From positions 1 to 20,812 of the forward strand of contig PFBU01000025.1 in NCBI GenBank assembly GCA_002773185.1: DNA of 20,812 nt, given 5' to 3'. Position numbers and translations under genes: made by a program. Numbering within the stretch: position 1 is the first letter of the stretch; each line of letters opens with the position of its first letter. This DNA comes from Candidatus Magasanikbacteria bacterium CG10_big_fil_rev_8_21_14_0_10_36_16. Lineage in GTDB: Bacteria > Patescibacteriota > Patescibacteriia > Magasanikbacterales > UBA922. This document shows, in pieces, positions 1 through 8,061 of this stretch. Under the pieces are notes generated by a model. It did no database searches and was not told where the DNA came from. It saw only the letters and a list, made by a program, of their open reading frames with translations.

Positions 1-164
1 AACTTCGAGGATTTAGCAATAAGACTATAAAAAGTTATCTGTATTATACACAGGAATGCCTAAGGTTTGCAAGAGTTGGCGCAAGTGAAATAACATCAAA
101 GATAGTAAGAGACTAATTCAAATATTTAGTCCCACCAAAAATACCATTAAGCCAAAATTTGTAA
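1..164 (+). pseudogene. Possible remnant of a tyrosine-recombinase (XerC/D-like integrase) N-terminal core-binding segment. It enters from the left edge, is interrupted by TAA at 114-116 and ends at TAA 162-164.
   Basis: Frame 3 reads LRGFSNKTIKSYLYYTQECLRFARVGASEITSKIVRD*FKYLVPPKIPLSQNL*. The G-x-S-x-x-T-I-x-x-Y...F-L-x-F...I-x-x-x-I pattern resembles integrase SAM-like N-terminal domains. No catalytic domain follows. Confidence 0.3.
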
Positions 165-175
165 TCTATAAAAAT

Positions 176-202
176 AAAAAAGCAACTTGGAAGTTGCTTT
201 TT
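176..202. terminator. Bidirectional rho-independent terminator between convergent transcription units
   Basis: AAAAA-AGCAACT-TGGA-AGTTGCT-TTTT: 7-bp stem (181-187/192-198), 4-nt loop, A-run on one side and T-run on the other. Confidence 0.6.
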
Positions 203-222
203 GTAATTTAAATATTTTTTTA

Positions 223-882
223 TTAGTTGAATTCTAGAGTTTGTATTAGCTTGTTTTTGAGTTCAGTACAATCAACTTTTGATTTTGTAATAAAATTATA
301 GTTATCATCAACACAGTCACCTTCAATGATAAGCCATTTACTATTCATCCTCGTAGGGTACTCTCCTCCAGCTGAGCACATGTCAAAGTCATTTTTGAAT
401 TCACCCATTGTCTTGTAGTTCATTTTGTTTGGCAAAACTGTAAGTTTGTAGTGGTTACCTTGACCATCACCAGTAAAATCAAATTGGTAAACAATTTTAT
501 TTGTACCTTGGAAAGTCGATAACAAATTTTCAAAATAATTTTCTGGATGGGTTGATCCGCAGTCAGATTCTAGTGATTTTAAACCTTCTGCTGTATAATC
601 AAAAGGCACAATTTCTTTTTTAACTGTAGCTGGTACGCCATCCAAAGAATAAAATAATGGATCTGTTGAACTTACAGATGTGGCTTCTTGTAGTTTATTT
701 TCTGTAGTCTGTAGATTGGTATCCAAATCTGCTTTTTCTTGTTGTAGTTTAGCTACATCATTTTTGAGAGAAGCATTTTGTATTTGCATAACCGCTGAAG
801 TATCTTTTGCTGATATATTTTGTAGGAAGTAGAGTGTTCCTAATCCTGCTACACTAAACAAAAGCACAACTAAATTATCCAA
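223..882 (-). CDS. Hypothetical membrane-anchored protein: N-terminal TM helix, coiled-coil-like Q/K/L segment, Cys-containing C-terminal domain. Start is uncertain (TTG at 882; see the ATG at 941 in findings).
   Basis: 219-aa ORF. The hydrophobic N-terminus is LVVLLFSVAGLGTLYFL, followed by LKNDVAKLQQEKADLDTNLQTTENKLQE. No family recognised by eye. Confidence 0.65.
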   Translation of the reverse strand: MDNLVVLLFSVAGLGTLYFLQNISAKDTSAVMQIQNASLKNDVAKLQQEKADLDTNLQTTENKLQEATSVSSTDPLFYSLDGVPATVKKEIVPFDYTAEGLKSLESDCGSTHPENYFENLLSTFQGTNKIVYQFDFTGDGQGNHYKLTVLPNKMNYKTMGEFKNDFDMCSAGGEYPTRMNSKWLIIEGDCVDDNYNFITKSKVDCTELKNKLIQTLEFN

Positions 883-1075
883 ATGTAAAGTGGTGTGTGT
901 GATTTGCTTTCTACAGGTGTAAAATTATTTTGTTCGTCCATATTTTTTTTAGTTAATTAAAAGATACTTTTATATTATACACTATTTTCTTATAATTTTG
1001 AAGTTTTTTAAATTAATCTAAAAATTTTTAAAAGATTCCTCCTGTATTATTATTATTTTTTTAGCTTAACTACTG

Positions 1076-1603
1076 TTAGTCTAGGTGCACAATTTTTTTG
1101 GGATCAAAGACGTGTTTTTTGCCATAAATAGCTAGTCCATAGTTGATATATTTTTGTTTGTTGATATCAAGACCGTGCCATCTTTTTTTGAGTTCTTTGT
1201 ATTTGAGGAAAACTGTTTTGAATGATGATGGGTCAGCAAAATAAATTTTGTGGGCATCATAGCCAATAGCTACCACATAATGACTGTCGTCCCAGTCATC
1301 TTCTGATTTTATTTCTTGTTTATTGGCCCAGGCTTGGACGACCATTATGACGGGTATGGCCTTATCAATAAAAGATTTTACTTCGGCAATGTCCATAGTT
1401 TTGGCTAGGTACTTTAGTCCATATTTTTCCACGGTGTTTATAATACCTTGGATAGTGGTGCCTTTTCTATCAGTTTTGGAAGCAGACATTATTTCGTCTT
1501 CGCGTACTTCAAAGCCATAATAGACCAAAACTGATTGAAGAGCACTAGCTCCACAGTCGTAATCATAGGTCTGGCGTAGATTGGGGAAAATTAGTGTTTT
1601 CAT
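1076..1603 (-). CDS. Standalone peptidase C39-like cysteine protease (bacteriocin-leader-processing family fold)
   Basis: Q-x5-C in LRQTYDYDCGASALQSVLVYYG, His in DDSHYVVAIGYD and Asp in YFADP give the Gln/Cys/His/Asp arrangement typical of C39 peptidase domains. No ABC transporter domain is attached. Confidence 0.8.
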   Translation of the reverse strand: MKTLIFPNLRQTYDYDCGASALQSVLVYYGFEVREDEIMSASKTDRKGTTIQGIINTVEKYGLKYLAKTMDIAEVKSFIDKAIPVIMVVQAWANKQEIKSEDDWDDSHYVVAIGYDAHKIYFADPSSFKTVFLKYKELKKRWHGLDINKQKYINYGLAIYGKKHVFDPKKIVHLD

Positions 1604-1691
1604 ATAGCTATGTAGTTATTATTTTGGTAGCTATATTATACCTGTTTAAGTTTGTTTTTTCCAATAAGCACACTTCTTTTATTTTTTATGG

Positions 1692-2381
1692 CTAAATCAA
1701 GCCAAAAATTTTGAAAGCAATAAAAATCTGAGCGATATCAGCAAAAATGTGGACATACCAGCAAGAAAACAGGTCTTGGTATTTTTTGAAGATATAATTC
1801 ATGATAAGGGCATAGACTGTAAGACCAAAAGTTGCTAGTAGAAAAAAACCAAGGTTGAACCAATTGTAATAAAACATCACATGGTGAAAGGAAAAGGCGA
1901 TACTTGTAATAAGATACGCTTGCCAAGGCTTGATAAGTTTGTCTAACTTGGCAAAGAGAAATCCTCGCCAAAAATATTCTTCTAGAAGCGAATTGAAAAT
2001 GATGATATAGAGTCCGATAAAGATTAAATTAGTTAGATTTATGTCTATTAGACTACTCAGCTTATCTGTAATGGTATTGATATCTAAAAAATTTTTGAAA
2101 ATAAAAAAACTGGTTAGATAAATTCCTGCTAGGAAAAGTCCTAAAGACGTTAGCCTCAAAATATTTTTTTTGAAAATACTAAAATGAAAATTTTGGCATA
2201 AGGCTTGTTTCCAAGATTTTTTTTCACTCCACATCGCAAAAATGATAGGGGAGAGAAAGACTAGTTTGTAGAGAGAAGAAAAGAAATAATTGTTTGGCAA
2301 AATTTCTCTACTTAAGACAATTATAATTGGTGGAAAAATTATTAGACTAAGTAACATCAGTAGTTGTTTTTTGTGGGTCAT
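1692..2381 (-). CDS. CPBP family intramembrane glutamic protease (CAAX protease / Abi, bacteriocin self-immunity family)
   Basis: Polytopic hydrophobic protein with EEYFWRGFLF (EExxxR motif), FSFHH (FxxxH motif) and a third His in WYVHIFAD. Confidence 0.85.
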   Translation of the reverse strand: MTHKKQLLMLLSLIIFPPIIIVLSREILPNNYFFSSLYKLVFLSPIIFAMWSEKKSWKQALCQNFHFSIFKKNILRLTSLGLFLAGIYLTSFFIFKNFLDINTITDKLSSLIDINLTNLIFIGLYIIIFNSLLEEYFWRGFLFAKLDKLIKPWQAYLITSIAFSFHHVMFYYNWFNLGFFLLATFGLTVYALIMNYIFKKYQDLFSCWYVHIFADIAQIFIAFKIFGLI

Positions 2382-2528
2382 ACTTTCTTATTTTTTTATA
2401 ATATAATCATACCATTTTTTATACATTTTCAGCAACTATTTTTGGTCATTTTTTGCAGGAAATTTTGCTACAAAAACAGTGTTCAGATCTTTCTATTTCA
2501 TTTCCACAGTTATTCCCCAAGCTAGCAC

Positions 2529-2557
2529 TTGACTTGTTTTGTTTTTTAGTTTATAAT
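2529..2557 (+). promoter_or_regulatory. Near-consensus sigma70-type promoter upstream of tuf (TTGACT-17 nt-TATAAT)
   Basis: TTGACT at 2529-2534, exactly 17-nt spacer, TATAAT at 2552-2557. It lies about 220 nt upstream of the tuf ATG. Confidence 0.6.
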
Positions 2558-2775
2558 CACACCGCATAATTTTTATGTATTTTTTGCTCTAAAGAGCAAT
2601 ATTATTTATCCCGCCCAAGGCGGGCGAGTAGCTAGATTACAACATTTCGTTGTGGTATAAAGTACTTGCTATTCCACGGTTTTAAGTGGAAAAGTTTATT
2701 AAAATATTCAAGGTCGCTGGACACAAATCTAACTGGGCCATCCCATGTTAGAGCGGCCAAAGCTACCATAGTAAT

Positions 2776-3966
2776 ATGGCAGAATTTCAAAGAACCAAGG
2801 TTCACGTTAACGTTGGTACAATTGGTCACGTTGACCATGGTAAGACTACTCTTACTGCAGCTATCTTGAAAGTAGCGTCAGCACATGGTCTTATTGCACA
2901 AAACAAAGATATTAGTGCTATCGACGCTGCTCCAGAAGAGCGCGAACGTGGTATTACTATTGCTACAGCTCACGTTGAGTATGAGACTGAAAAACGTCAT
3001 TATGCTCACGTAGATTGTCCAGGCCATGCTGATTATGTCAAAAACATGATCACAGGTGCCGCTCAAATGGACGGTGCTATTCTTGTAGTGTCAGCCGCCG
3101 ACGGCCCAATGCCTCAAACTCGTGAACATATCTTACTTGCTCGTCAAGTTGGTATACCTAGAATTATTGTTTTCTTAAACAAAGTTGATCAAGTATCTGA
3201 CCCAGAACTTATTGATTTAGTTGAAGAAGAAGTAAGAGATTTACTCAAAAAATACGAATTTCCTGGAGACGAAACACCTATCATCCGTGGTAGTGCTCTA
3301 AAGGCTCTTGAAAATCCAAATGATCCAGAAGCTTCAAAACCAGTTATGGACTTGCTGAATGCTTTGGATACTTATTTTCCAGATCCAGTTCGTGCTTTGG
3401 ACAAAGATTTTTTGATGCCTATTGAAGATGTCTTCTCTATTGAAGGACGTGGTACAGTAGTTACTGGTCGTATTGACCGTGGTGTTGTCAAGATTGGTGA
3501 TGAAGTATCTATTGTTGGTATGTCTGAAGAGATTGCCAAAACTACTGTTACTGGTATTGAAATGTTTAACAAGAATTTAGCACAAGGTCAAGCTGGTGAC
3601 AACGCTGGTATCCTTCTTCGTGGTACTAAGAAAGAAGATGTCCAACGTGGTCAAGTTTTGGCTAAGACTGGCACTATCACTCCACATACTGAATTTGAAG
3701 CTGAAGTGATTGCACTTACCAAAGAAGAAGGTGGACGTCACAAACCTTTTTTCAATGGTTACAAACCTCAATTTTATATTCGTACAACGGATGTAACAGG
3801 TGATGTAACTTTGCCAGCTGGCACAGAAATGGTTATGCCAGGAGACACTGTTAATTTAACAATCAAACTTATCGTTCCAGTAGCTATTGAAGAAAAAGTA
3901 CGTTTTGCTATCCGTGAAGGTGGTCGTACTGTTGGTGCTGGTGTAGTAACTAAGATTATCAAATAA
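2776..3966 (+). CDS. tuf: Elongation factor Tu
   Basis: 396 aa with [10 protein letters not shown] (G1), DCPGHADY (G3), NKVD (G4) and full-length EF-Tu domains II/III. Confidence 0.99.
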   Translation: MAEFQRTKVHVNVGTIGHVDHGKTTLTAAILKVASAHGLIAQNKDISAIDAAPEERERGITIATAHVEYETEKRHYAHVDCPGHADYVKNMITGAAQMDGAILVVSAADGPMPQTREHILLARQVGIPRIIVFLNKVDQVSDPELIDLVEEEVRDLLKKYEFPGDETPIIRGSALKALENPNDPEASKPVMDLLNALDTYFPDPVRALDKDFLMPIEDVFSIEGRGTVVTGRIDRGVVKIGDEVSIVGMSEEIAKTTVTGIEMFNKNLAQGQAGDNAGILLRGTKKEDVQRGQVLAKTGTITPHTEFEAEVIALTKEEGGRHKPFFNGYKPQFYIRTTDVTGDVTLPAGTEMVMPGDTVNLTIKLIVPVAIEEKVRFAIREGGRTVGAGVVTKIIK

Positions 3967-3977
3967 AATCATTGCTC

Positions 3978-4009
3978 TCAAGCCTCCGGTATTACTATCG
4001 GAGGCTTGA
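3978..4009 (+). terminator. Strong stem-loop just after tuf: partial terminator or mRNA-stabilising hairpin, with no U-tract
   Basis: TCAAGCCTCCG (3978-3988) pairs perfectly with CGGAGGCTTGA (3999-4009), giving an 11-bp stem and a 10-nt loop. It is followed by AGTATATG rather than a T-run. Confidence 0.5.
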
Positions 4010-4032
4010 AGTATATGTAAAATTATTCAATT

Positions 4033-4386
4033 ATGTCTGACAATGCAAACAATACAAACAATAAAGCAGAGAATAAAGTAGAGAACAAATTACGTATCAA
4101 AATCCAATCTTATGATAACAAGATTATTGATATTGCTACCAAGACTATTATTGATACAGCTGAGAGAAATGGTGTAAAAGTAGTTGGTCCAGTACCACTT
4201 CCTACCTCTATCAATAAATACAGTGTGAATCGTGCTACCTTTGTCCACAAGACTGCTCAAGAACAATTTGAGATGCGTACTCATAAACGTCTTATTGATA
4301 TTTTGAATCCATCACCAAAAGCCATTGATGCCTTAATGAATTTGAATTTGCCAAGTGGTGTGGATATTGAAATAAAGATGATTTAA
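4033..4386 (+). CDS. rpsJ: 30S ribosomal protein S10 (about 18-aa N/K-rich N-terminal extension)
   Basis: [39 protein letters not shown]...[10 protein letters not shown] matches S10. Position after tuf also fits. Confidence 0.97.
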   Translation: MSDNANNTNNKAENKVENKLRIKIQSYDNKIIDIATKTIIDTAERNGVKVVGPVPLPTSINKYSVNRATFVHKTAQEQFEMRTHKRLIDILNPSPKAIDALMNLNLPSGVDIEIKMI

Positions 4387-4461
4387 TATCTGTTCATAAA
4401 AGTTGTTCATATAGTACTTTAAAAATGTTATCAGGTTGGGGATATATCAGGAGTATTATCC

Positions 4462-4490
4462 TTGACATTTTGTTTTGTTTGCGTTAAACT
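4462..4490 (+). promoter_or_regulatory. Promoter-like element inside the rpsJ-rplC spacer (TTGACA-17 nt-TAAACT)
   Basis: TTGACA at 4462-4467, 17-nt spacer, TAAACT at 4485-4490, about 335 nt upstream of rplC. Confidence 0.4.
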
Positions 4491-4826
4491 AGTCACGTTA
4501 CTAATTTATACATTATTTAGACACATTACAACTTGTTTCAAAACAGATAAGATCTAGAGCTAAATAAAGCTTAAGAAAACATCTGAAAGTAGAAAAAGTT
4601 GTTTAGGTGGAGGTTTTCATTACATATCAATTAATCGCCTTACAACCAGTTTTTGGTCTTGAAGGCTAGAGATGATTAAAACAAACAATTGTTTGTGGTA
4701 TTCATTTCTAGTTTTTTTATTACGAAAAAAGGTGTGTTACTAAAGTCGTCTATATTGTCCCTGATAATAGATATTCAGTCACATGGAAACGACCAGTCGA
4801 AATAGCACCTTCTCGCAATTTATATT

Positions 4827-5618
4827 ATGAAATTTATTATAGGCAAAAAATTAGACATGACACAGGTCTTCCGTGAAGATGGTGCTGTAGTTCCAGTAAC
4901 CAGAATTCAAGCCGGACCTTGTACTGTTACCAAGGTTAATACCGTGGAAAAAGACGGAGTAAAATCAGTCCAAATTGGTTTTGGTGTACAAAAATTGTTC
5001 AGATTGCGTAAACCAGAAAAAGGACATTTGAAAGGTATTGCTATTGAAGGTAACCAAAACTTTACTGTGCGTAACTTACATAATTTCAAAAATGATAGTG
5101 ATTTGAAACGTGGCGATGTCTTTACAGTTAATATTTTTGAAAAGGGAGAGAAAGTTCAAGTAACTGGTAACTCTAAAGGTAGAGGATTCCAAGGTGTAGT
5201 CAAACGTCATGGTTTTCATGGCTCTCTAGCTTCTCATGGTCACAAAGATCAATTGCGTATGCCTGGTAGTATTGGCGCTGGTGGAGTACAACATGTTTTC
5301 AAGGGTACACGTATGGCTGGTCATATGGGCGATGTTCAAATCACTGTTAAGAATTTAGAAATAGTAGAATTACATCCAGAAACCAATGAAATTTGGGTTA
5401 AGGGTGCTGTACCTGGGGCTAGAAATGGATTATTGTATATATTCACTGGTGTTGGACAAATTGTCCCTCAGGTTGAAGTTGTAGAAGAAATAAAAGCTGA
5501 AGGAATTGTAGAACCAAAAATTGAAGAGGCCAAAGAAGAAGTAGTTGTAGAAGAGCCAGTTTTAGAAACAAAAGAATCAGCCACTGCAGAAGCTAAGGCT
5601 GACAAGGAATCTAAATAG
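4827..5618 (+). CDS. rplC: 50S ribosomal protein L3 with about 50-aa acidic E/V/K-rich C-terminal tail
   Basis: MKFIIGKKLDMTQVF...SKGRGFQGVVKRHGFHG matches L3. The tail is VEVVEEIKAEGIVEPKIEEAKEEVVVEEPVLETKESATAEAKADKESK. Confidence 0.97.
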   Translation: MKFIIGKKLDMTQVFREDGAVVPVTRIQAGPCTVTKVNTVEKDGVKSVQIGFGVQKLFRLRKPEKGHLKGIAIEGNQNFTVRNLHNFKNDSDLKRGDVFTVNIFEKGEKVQVTGNSKGRGFQGVVKRHGFHGSLASHGHKDQLRMPGSIGAGGVQHVFKGTRMAGHMGDVQITVKNLEIVELHPETNEIWVKGAVPGARNGLLYIFTGVGQIVPQVEVVEEIKAEGIVEPKIEEAKEEVVVEEPVLETKESATAEAKADKESK

Positions 5619-5626
5619 TTTTATAT

Positions 5627-6262
5627 ATGACAAAAGTTGCAATGTACAATAGTAAAGGTGAAGCAGTAAAAGATCTTGAATTGAGTGAGGCTGTTTTTGC
5701 CACACCTATCAACAAAGAAACTGTTCATCAAGTATTTGTAGCAATGCGTGCCAATGCTAGACAGCCTTGGGCTGATACCAAAGATAGAAGTGAAGTTTCT
5801 GGTGGTGGTCGTAAACCTTGGAAACAAAAAGGTACTGGCCGTGCTCGTCACGGTTCCAATCGTTCTCCAATCTGGAGTGGTGGTGGTATCACTTTTGGAC
5901 CTTTGAGTGATCGTAATTACAAACAAAAAATAAACAAAAAAGTTAGAAATCTTGTTACTAGAATGTGTTTGTCTGACAAAGTTTTGGATAATAAAATGCT
6001 AGTCTTAGACAAATTTGATTTTGAAGGAAAGACCAAAGACATGGTTACTTTAAGTAAAAAACTATTCAAAGAAGTTCGTAAGACATTGGTAGTCTTGACT
6101 GATGTTAATGCGCAGGAAGCTATCAAATCTCTACGTAATATCAAAGCTTTTGACATTGTCAGGGCAGAAGATGTCAACGTGTTGGATTTATTACAACATC
6201 AATATTTGCTTATTTCCGAAGATGGTGTAAAATTTTTAGAAAATCGTTTAACAAAAAAATAA
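5627..6262 (+). CDS. rplD: 50S ribosomal protein L4
   Basis: GGGRKPWKQKGTGRARHGS motif and operon position. Confidence 0.97.
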   Translation: MTKVAMYNSKGEAVKDLELSEAVFATPINKETVHQVFVAMRANARQPWADTKDRSEVSGGGRKPWKQKGTGRARHGSNRSPIWSGGGITFGPLSDRNYKQKINKKVRNLVTRMCLSDKVLDNKMLVLDKFDFEGKTKDMVTLSKKLFKEVRKTLVVLTDVNAQEAIKSLRNIKAFDIVRAEDVNVLDLLQHQYLLISEDGVKFLENRLTKK

Positions 6263-6282
6263 TTTAGTTTTTAGATATTTAT

Positions 6283-6687
6283 ATGGGTTTACTTGATAAG
6301 TGGTCAAAAAAAGAAGACAAAGAAACAAAAGACACAGTTGAAAAAACTAAAGGTGCTGTTAAGACTGCTGAAAAAACAAAAAAGGTAGTCGCTTCTTTCA
6401 AAGGTTCAGCTTATCGTGTAATTCTAAAACCTTTGGTAAGTGAAAAAGCTAGTACTGCTGAAATGTCTGGCAGATATACTTTTTTGGTAGATGCTAGAAA
6501 CAATAAAACAGAAATCAAACAGGCAATCAAACAAATTTATGGTATAATGCCTACTAATGTTAGTGTAATGAATTTTGAAGGTAAACGTACTCGTTCTGGT
6601 GCTTTGCCTGGCAAAAGAACAGATTTTAAAAAAGCGATAGTGACTTTACCAAAAGGACACACTATCAGTATTCATGAAGGTGTCTAA
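6283..6687 (+). CDS. rplW: 50S ribosomal protein L23 with about 40-aa K/E/T-rich N-terminal extension
   Basis: YRVILKPLVSEKASTAE...TEIKQAIKQIYG...VSVMN is the L23 core. The only upstream in-frame ATG is at 6283. Confidence 0.93.
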   Translation: MGLLDKWSKKEDKETKDTVEKTKGAVKTAEKTKKVVASFKGSAYRVILKPLVSEKASTAEMSGRYTFLVDARNNKTEIKQAIKQIYGIMPTNVSVMNFEGKRTRSGALPGKRTDFKKAIVTLPKGHTISIHEGV

Positions 6688-6699
6688 TTAATAAAAACT

Positions 6700-7551
6700 A
6701 TGGCAGTTAAAAAGTACAAACCAACAACTCCCGGTCGACGCCACTCTAGTGTTCAAGATTTTTCTGATATCACAAAAACTAAACCAGAAAAGTCTTTGAT
6801 TAGTACTATGAACAAAAAAGCTGGTAGAAACAATACTGGAAAGATTACCATACGTCATCGTGGGGGCGGTACTAAACGTTTTTATAGACATATTGATTTT
6901 GCTCGTATTAATTTTGATTCACCTGTTAATGTTGTTGCGATTGAGTATGATCCAAATCGTGGACCTCGTATCGCTCTTGTAGAAGACGCTGACAAAAACA
7001 AATCATACATCTTGGCTGAAAGTAAAATGAAAGTAGGAGATGTTGTGGTATCCTCAAAAAACAAAATTGAAGCTAAACTAGGTAATCGCATGCCTTTGGA
7101 ATTTATCCCATCAGGTCTAAACGTTTACAATGTTGAAATGGAGCCCGGTAAAGGTGGACAAATGGTTCGTGGTGCTGGTAATGCTGCTCAACTCATGGTT
7201 ATTGAAGGTAAATATGCCCAATTGAAATTACCATCTACTGAAGTAAGAATGTTTGCCAAAGAATGTATGGCTACTGTTGGACAATTGAGTAATTCAGATT
7301 ACAAACTTGTACGTTGGGGTAAAGCTGGTAGAATGAGATACAGAGGTATCAAACCTACAGTAAAAGGTAAGAATATGAACCCGGTTGACCATCCTCACGG
7401 TGGTGGTGAAGGTCATAGTCCTATTGGTAACAGAAAAGGTCCTCGTACTAAATGGGGTAAAGCTGCTCTAGGTGTGAAGACTCGTCGTCCAAAACAATCA
7501 AGTGATAAATTTATAGTTTCAAGAAGAAAAAGTAGTAGAAAGAAAAAATAG
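6700..7551 (+). CDS. rplB: 50S ribosomal protein L2
   Basis: MAVKKYKPTTPGRR...VDHPHGGGEGHSPIG matches L2. Confidence 0.98.
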   Translation: MAVKKYKPTTPGRRHSSVQDFSDITKTKPEKSLISTMNKKAGRNNTGKITIRHRGGGTKRFYRHIDFARINFDSPVNVVAIEYDPNRGPRIALVEDADKNKSYILAESKMKVGDVVVSSKNKIEAKLGNRMPLEFIPSGLNVYNVEMEPGKGGQMVRGAGNAAQLMVIEGKYAQLKLPSTEVRMFAKECMATVGQLSNSDYKLVRWGKAGRMRYRGIKPTVKGKNMNPVDHPHGGGEGHSPIGNRKGPRTKWGKAALGVKTRRPKQSSDKFIVSRRKSSRKKK

Positions 7552-7717
7552 AACACAAATCTTAACACTAATCAGCACGAATAATAAATAAAACATTCGT
7601 CTAAAAAGTGTTAGGAAAGTGATATAAAAATAAATTATTAAATTATTAAAAAATTAACCACTTGTTTACAAATTGTTAAAAAAAGATTAGTGTAAATTCG
7701 TGTTAAAATTCGTGTTC
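7551..7717 (+). repeat. Structured rplB-rpsS spacer: three direct copies of AACACnAAT on the left, three inverted copies on the right, AT-rich centre
   Basis: Left units are at 7552-7560, 7564-7572 and 7575-7582. Inverted right units are ATTAGTGT 7686-7693 and ATTCGTGTT at 7696-7704 and 7708-7716. GAACAC 7551-7556 pairs with GTGTTC 7712-7717. There is also a local nested hairpin at 7563-7613. Confidence 0.7.
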
Positions 7718-7719
7718 CT

Positions 7720-8034
7720 ATGTCTAGAAGTTTAAAAAAAGGACCTAACGTTGATCCAAGATTGCTTGAAAAAATCAAGAAATCTCAAGATGCTGGCGAC
7801 AAAAAGCCTATCAAGACTTGGTCTCGTGCTTGTACAATTACTCCTGAAATGGTTGGTATTAACTTTTTAGTACACAACGGTAAAGATTTTTTGGAAGTGT
7901 TTGTGGATGAAAATAAAGTCGGACATAAGCTTGGTGAATTTTCCCCAACTCGTAAATTTAGAGGACATGGCGGAAAGATGGCCAAAGAACAAAGTAAGCC
8001 GACAACTCCAGTAGCTCCAGTAACAAAAAAATAG
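7720..8034 (+). CDS. rpsS: 30S ribosomal protein S19
   Basis: [19 protein letters not shown]...[16 protein letters not shown] matches S19. Confidence 0.97.
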   Translation: MSRSLKKGPNVDPRLLEKIKKSQDAGDKKPIKTWSRACTITPEMVGINFLVHNGKDFLEVFVDENKVGHKLGEFSPTRKFRGHGGKMAKEQSKPTTPVAPVTKK

Positions 8035-8061
8035 TTTTTCTAAAAAAGCATTAACCAATAT

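Noticed and set aside
1037-1047. AGGAGG on the minus strand (plus-strand ATTCCTCCTGT) between the C39 gene and the next gene
   Set aside because: It is followed on the minus strand by AATCTTTTAAAAATTTTTAG, with no start codon at a suitable distance. It is probably fortuitous.
1323-1971. ORFs 1323-1520 (plus) and 1738-1971 (minus, off-frame) within the C39 and CPBP genes
   Set aside because: They are shadow ORFs inside genes that carry complete catalytic motifs in the called frames.
2382-2775. tRNA genes upstream of tuf (as in the thrU-tyrU-glyT-thrT-tufB arrangement)
   Set aside because: I found no GTTCGAATC-like T-arm, no cloverleaf with a 7-bp acceptor stem and no D-loop consensus on either strand. 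The hairpins are short and independent.
2632-2869. ORFs 2632-2838 (minus) and 2666-2869 (plus) overlapping the tuf leader and start
   Set aside because: They have no recognisable family features, overlap the strongly supported tuf CDS out of frame, and cover the hairpin-rich leader. They are most likely spurious.
4605-4613. AGGTGGAGG, the only strong SD-like string in the rpsJ-rplC spacer, as evidence for a hidden small gene
   Set aside because: No ATG/GTG/TTG follows within 4-12 nt. The only downstream reading (from ATT 4619) runs 16 codons to a TAG. No other gene in the window uses an SD.
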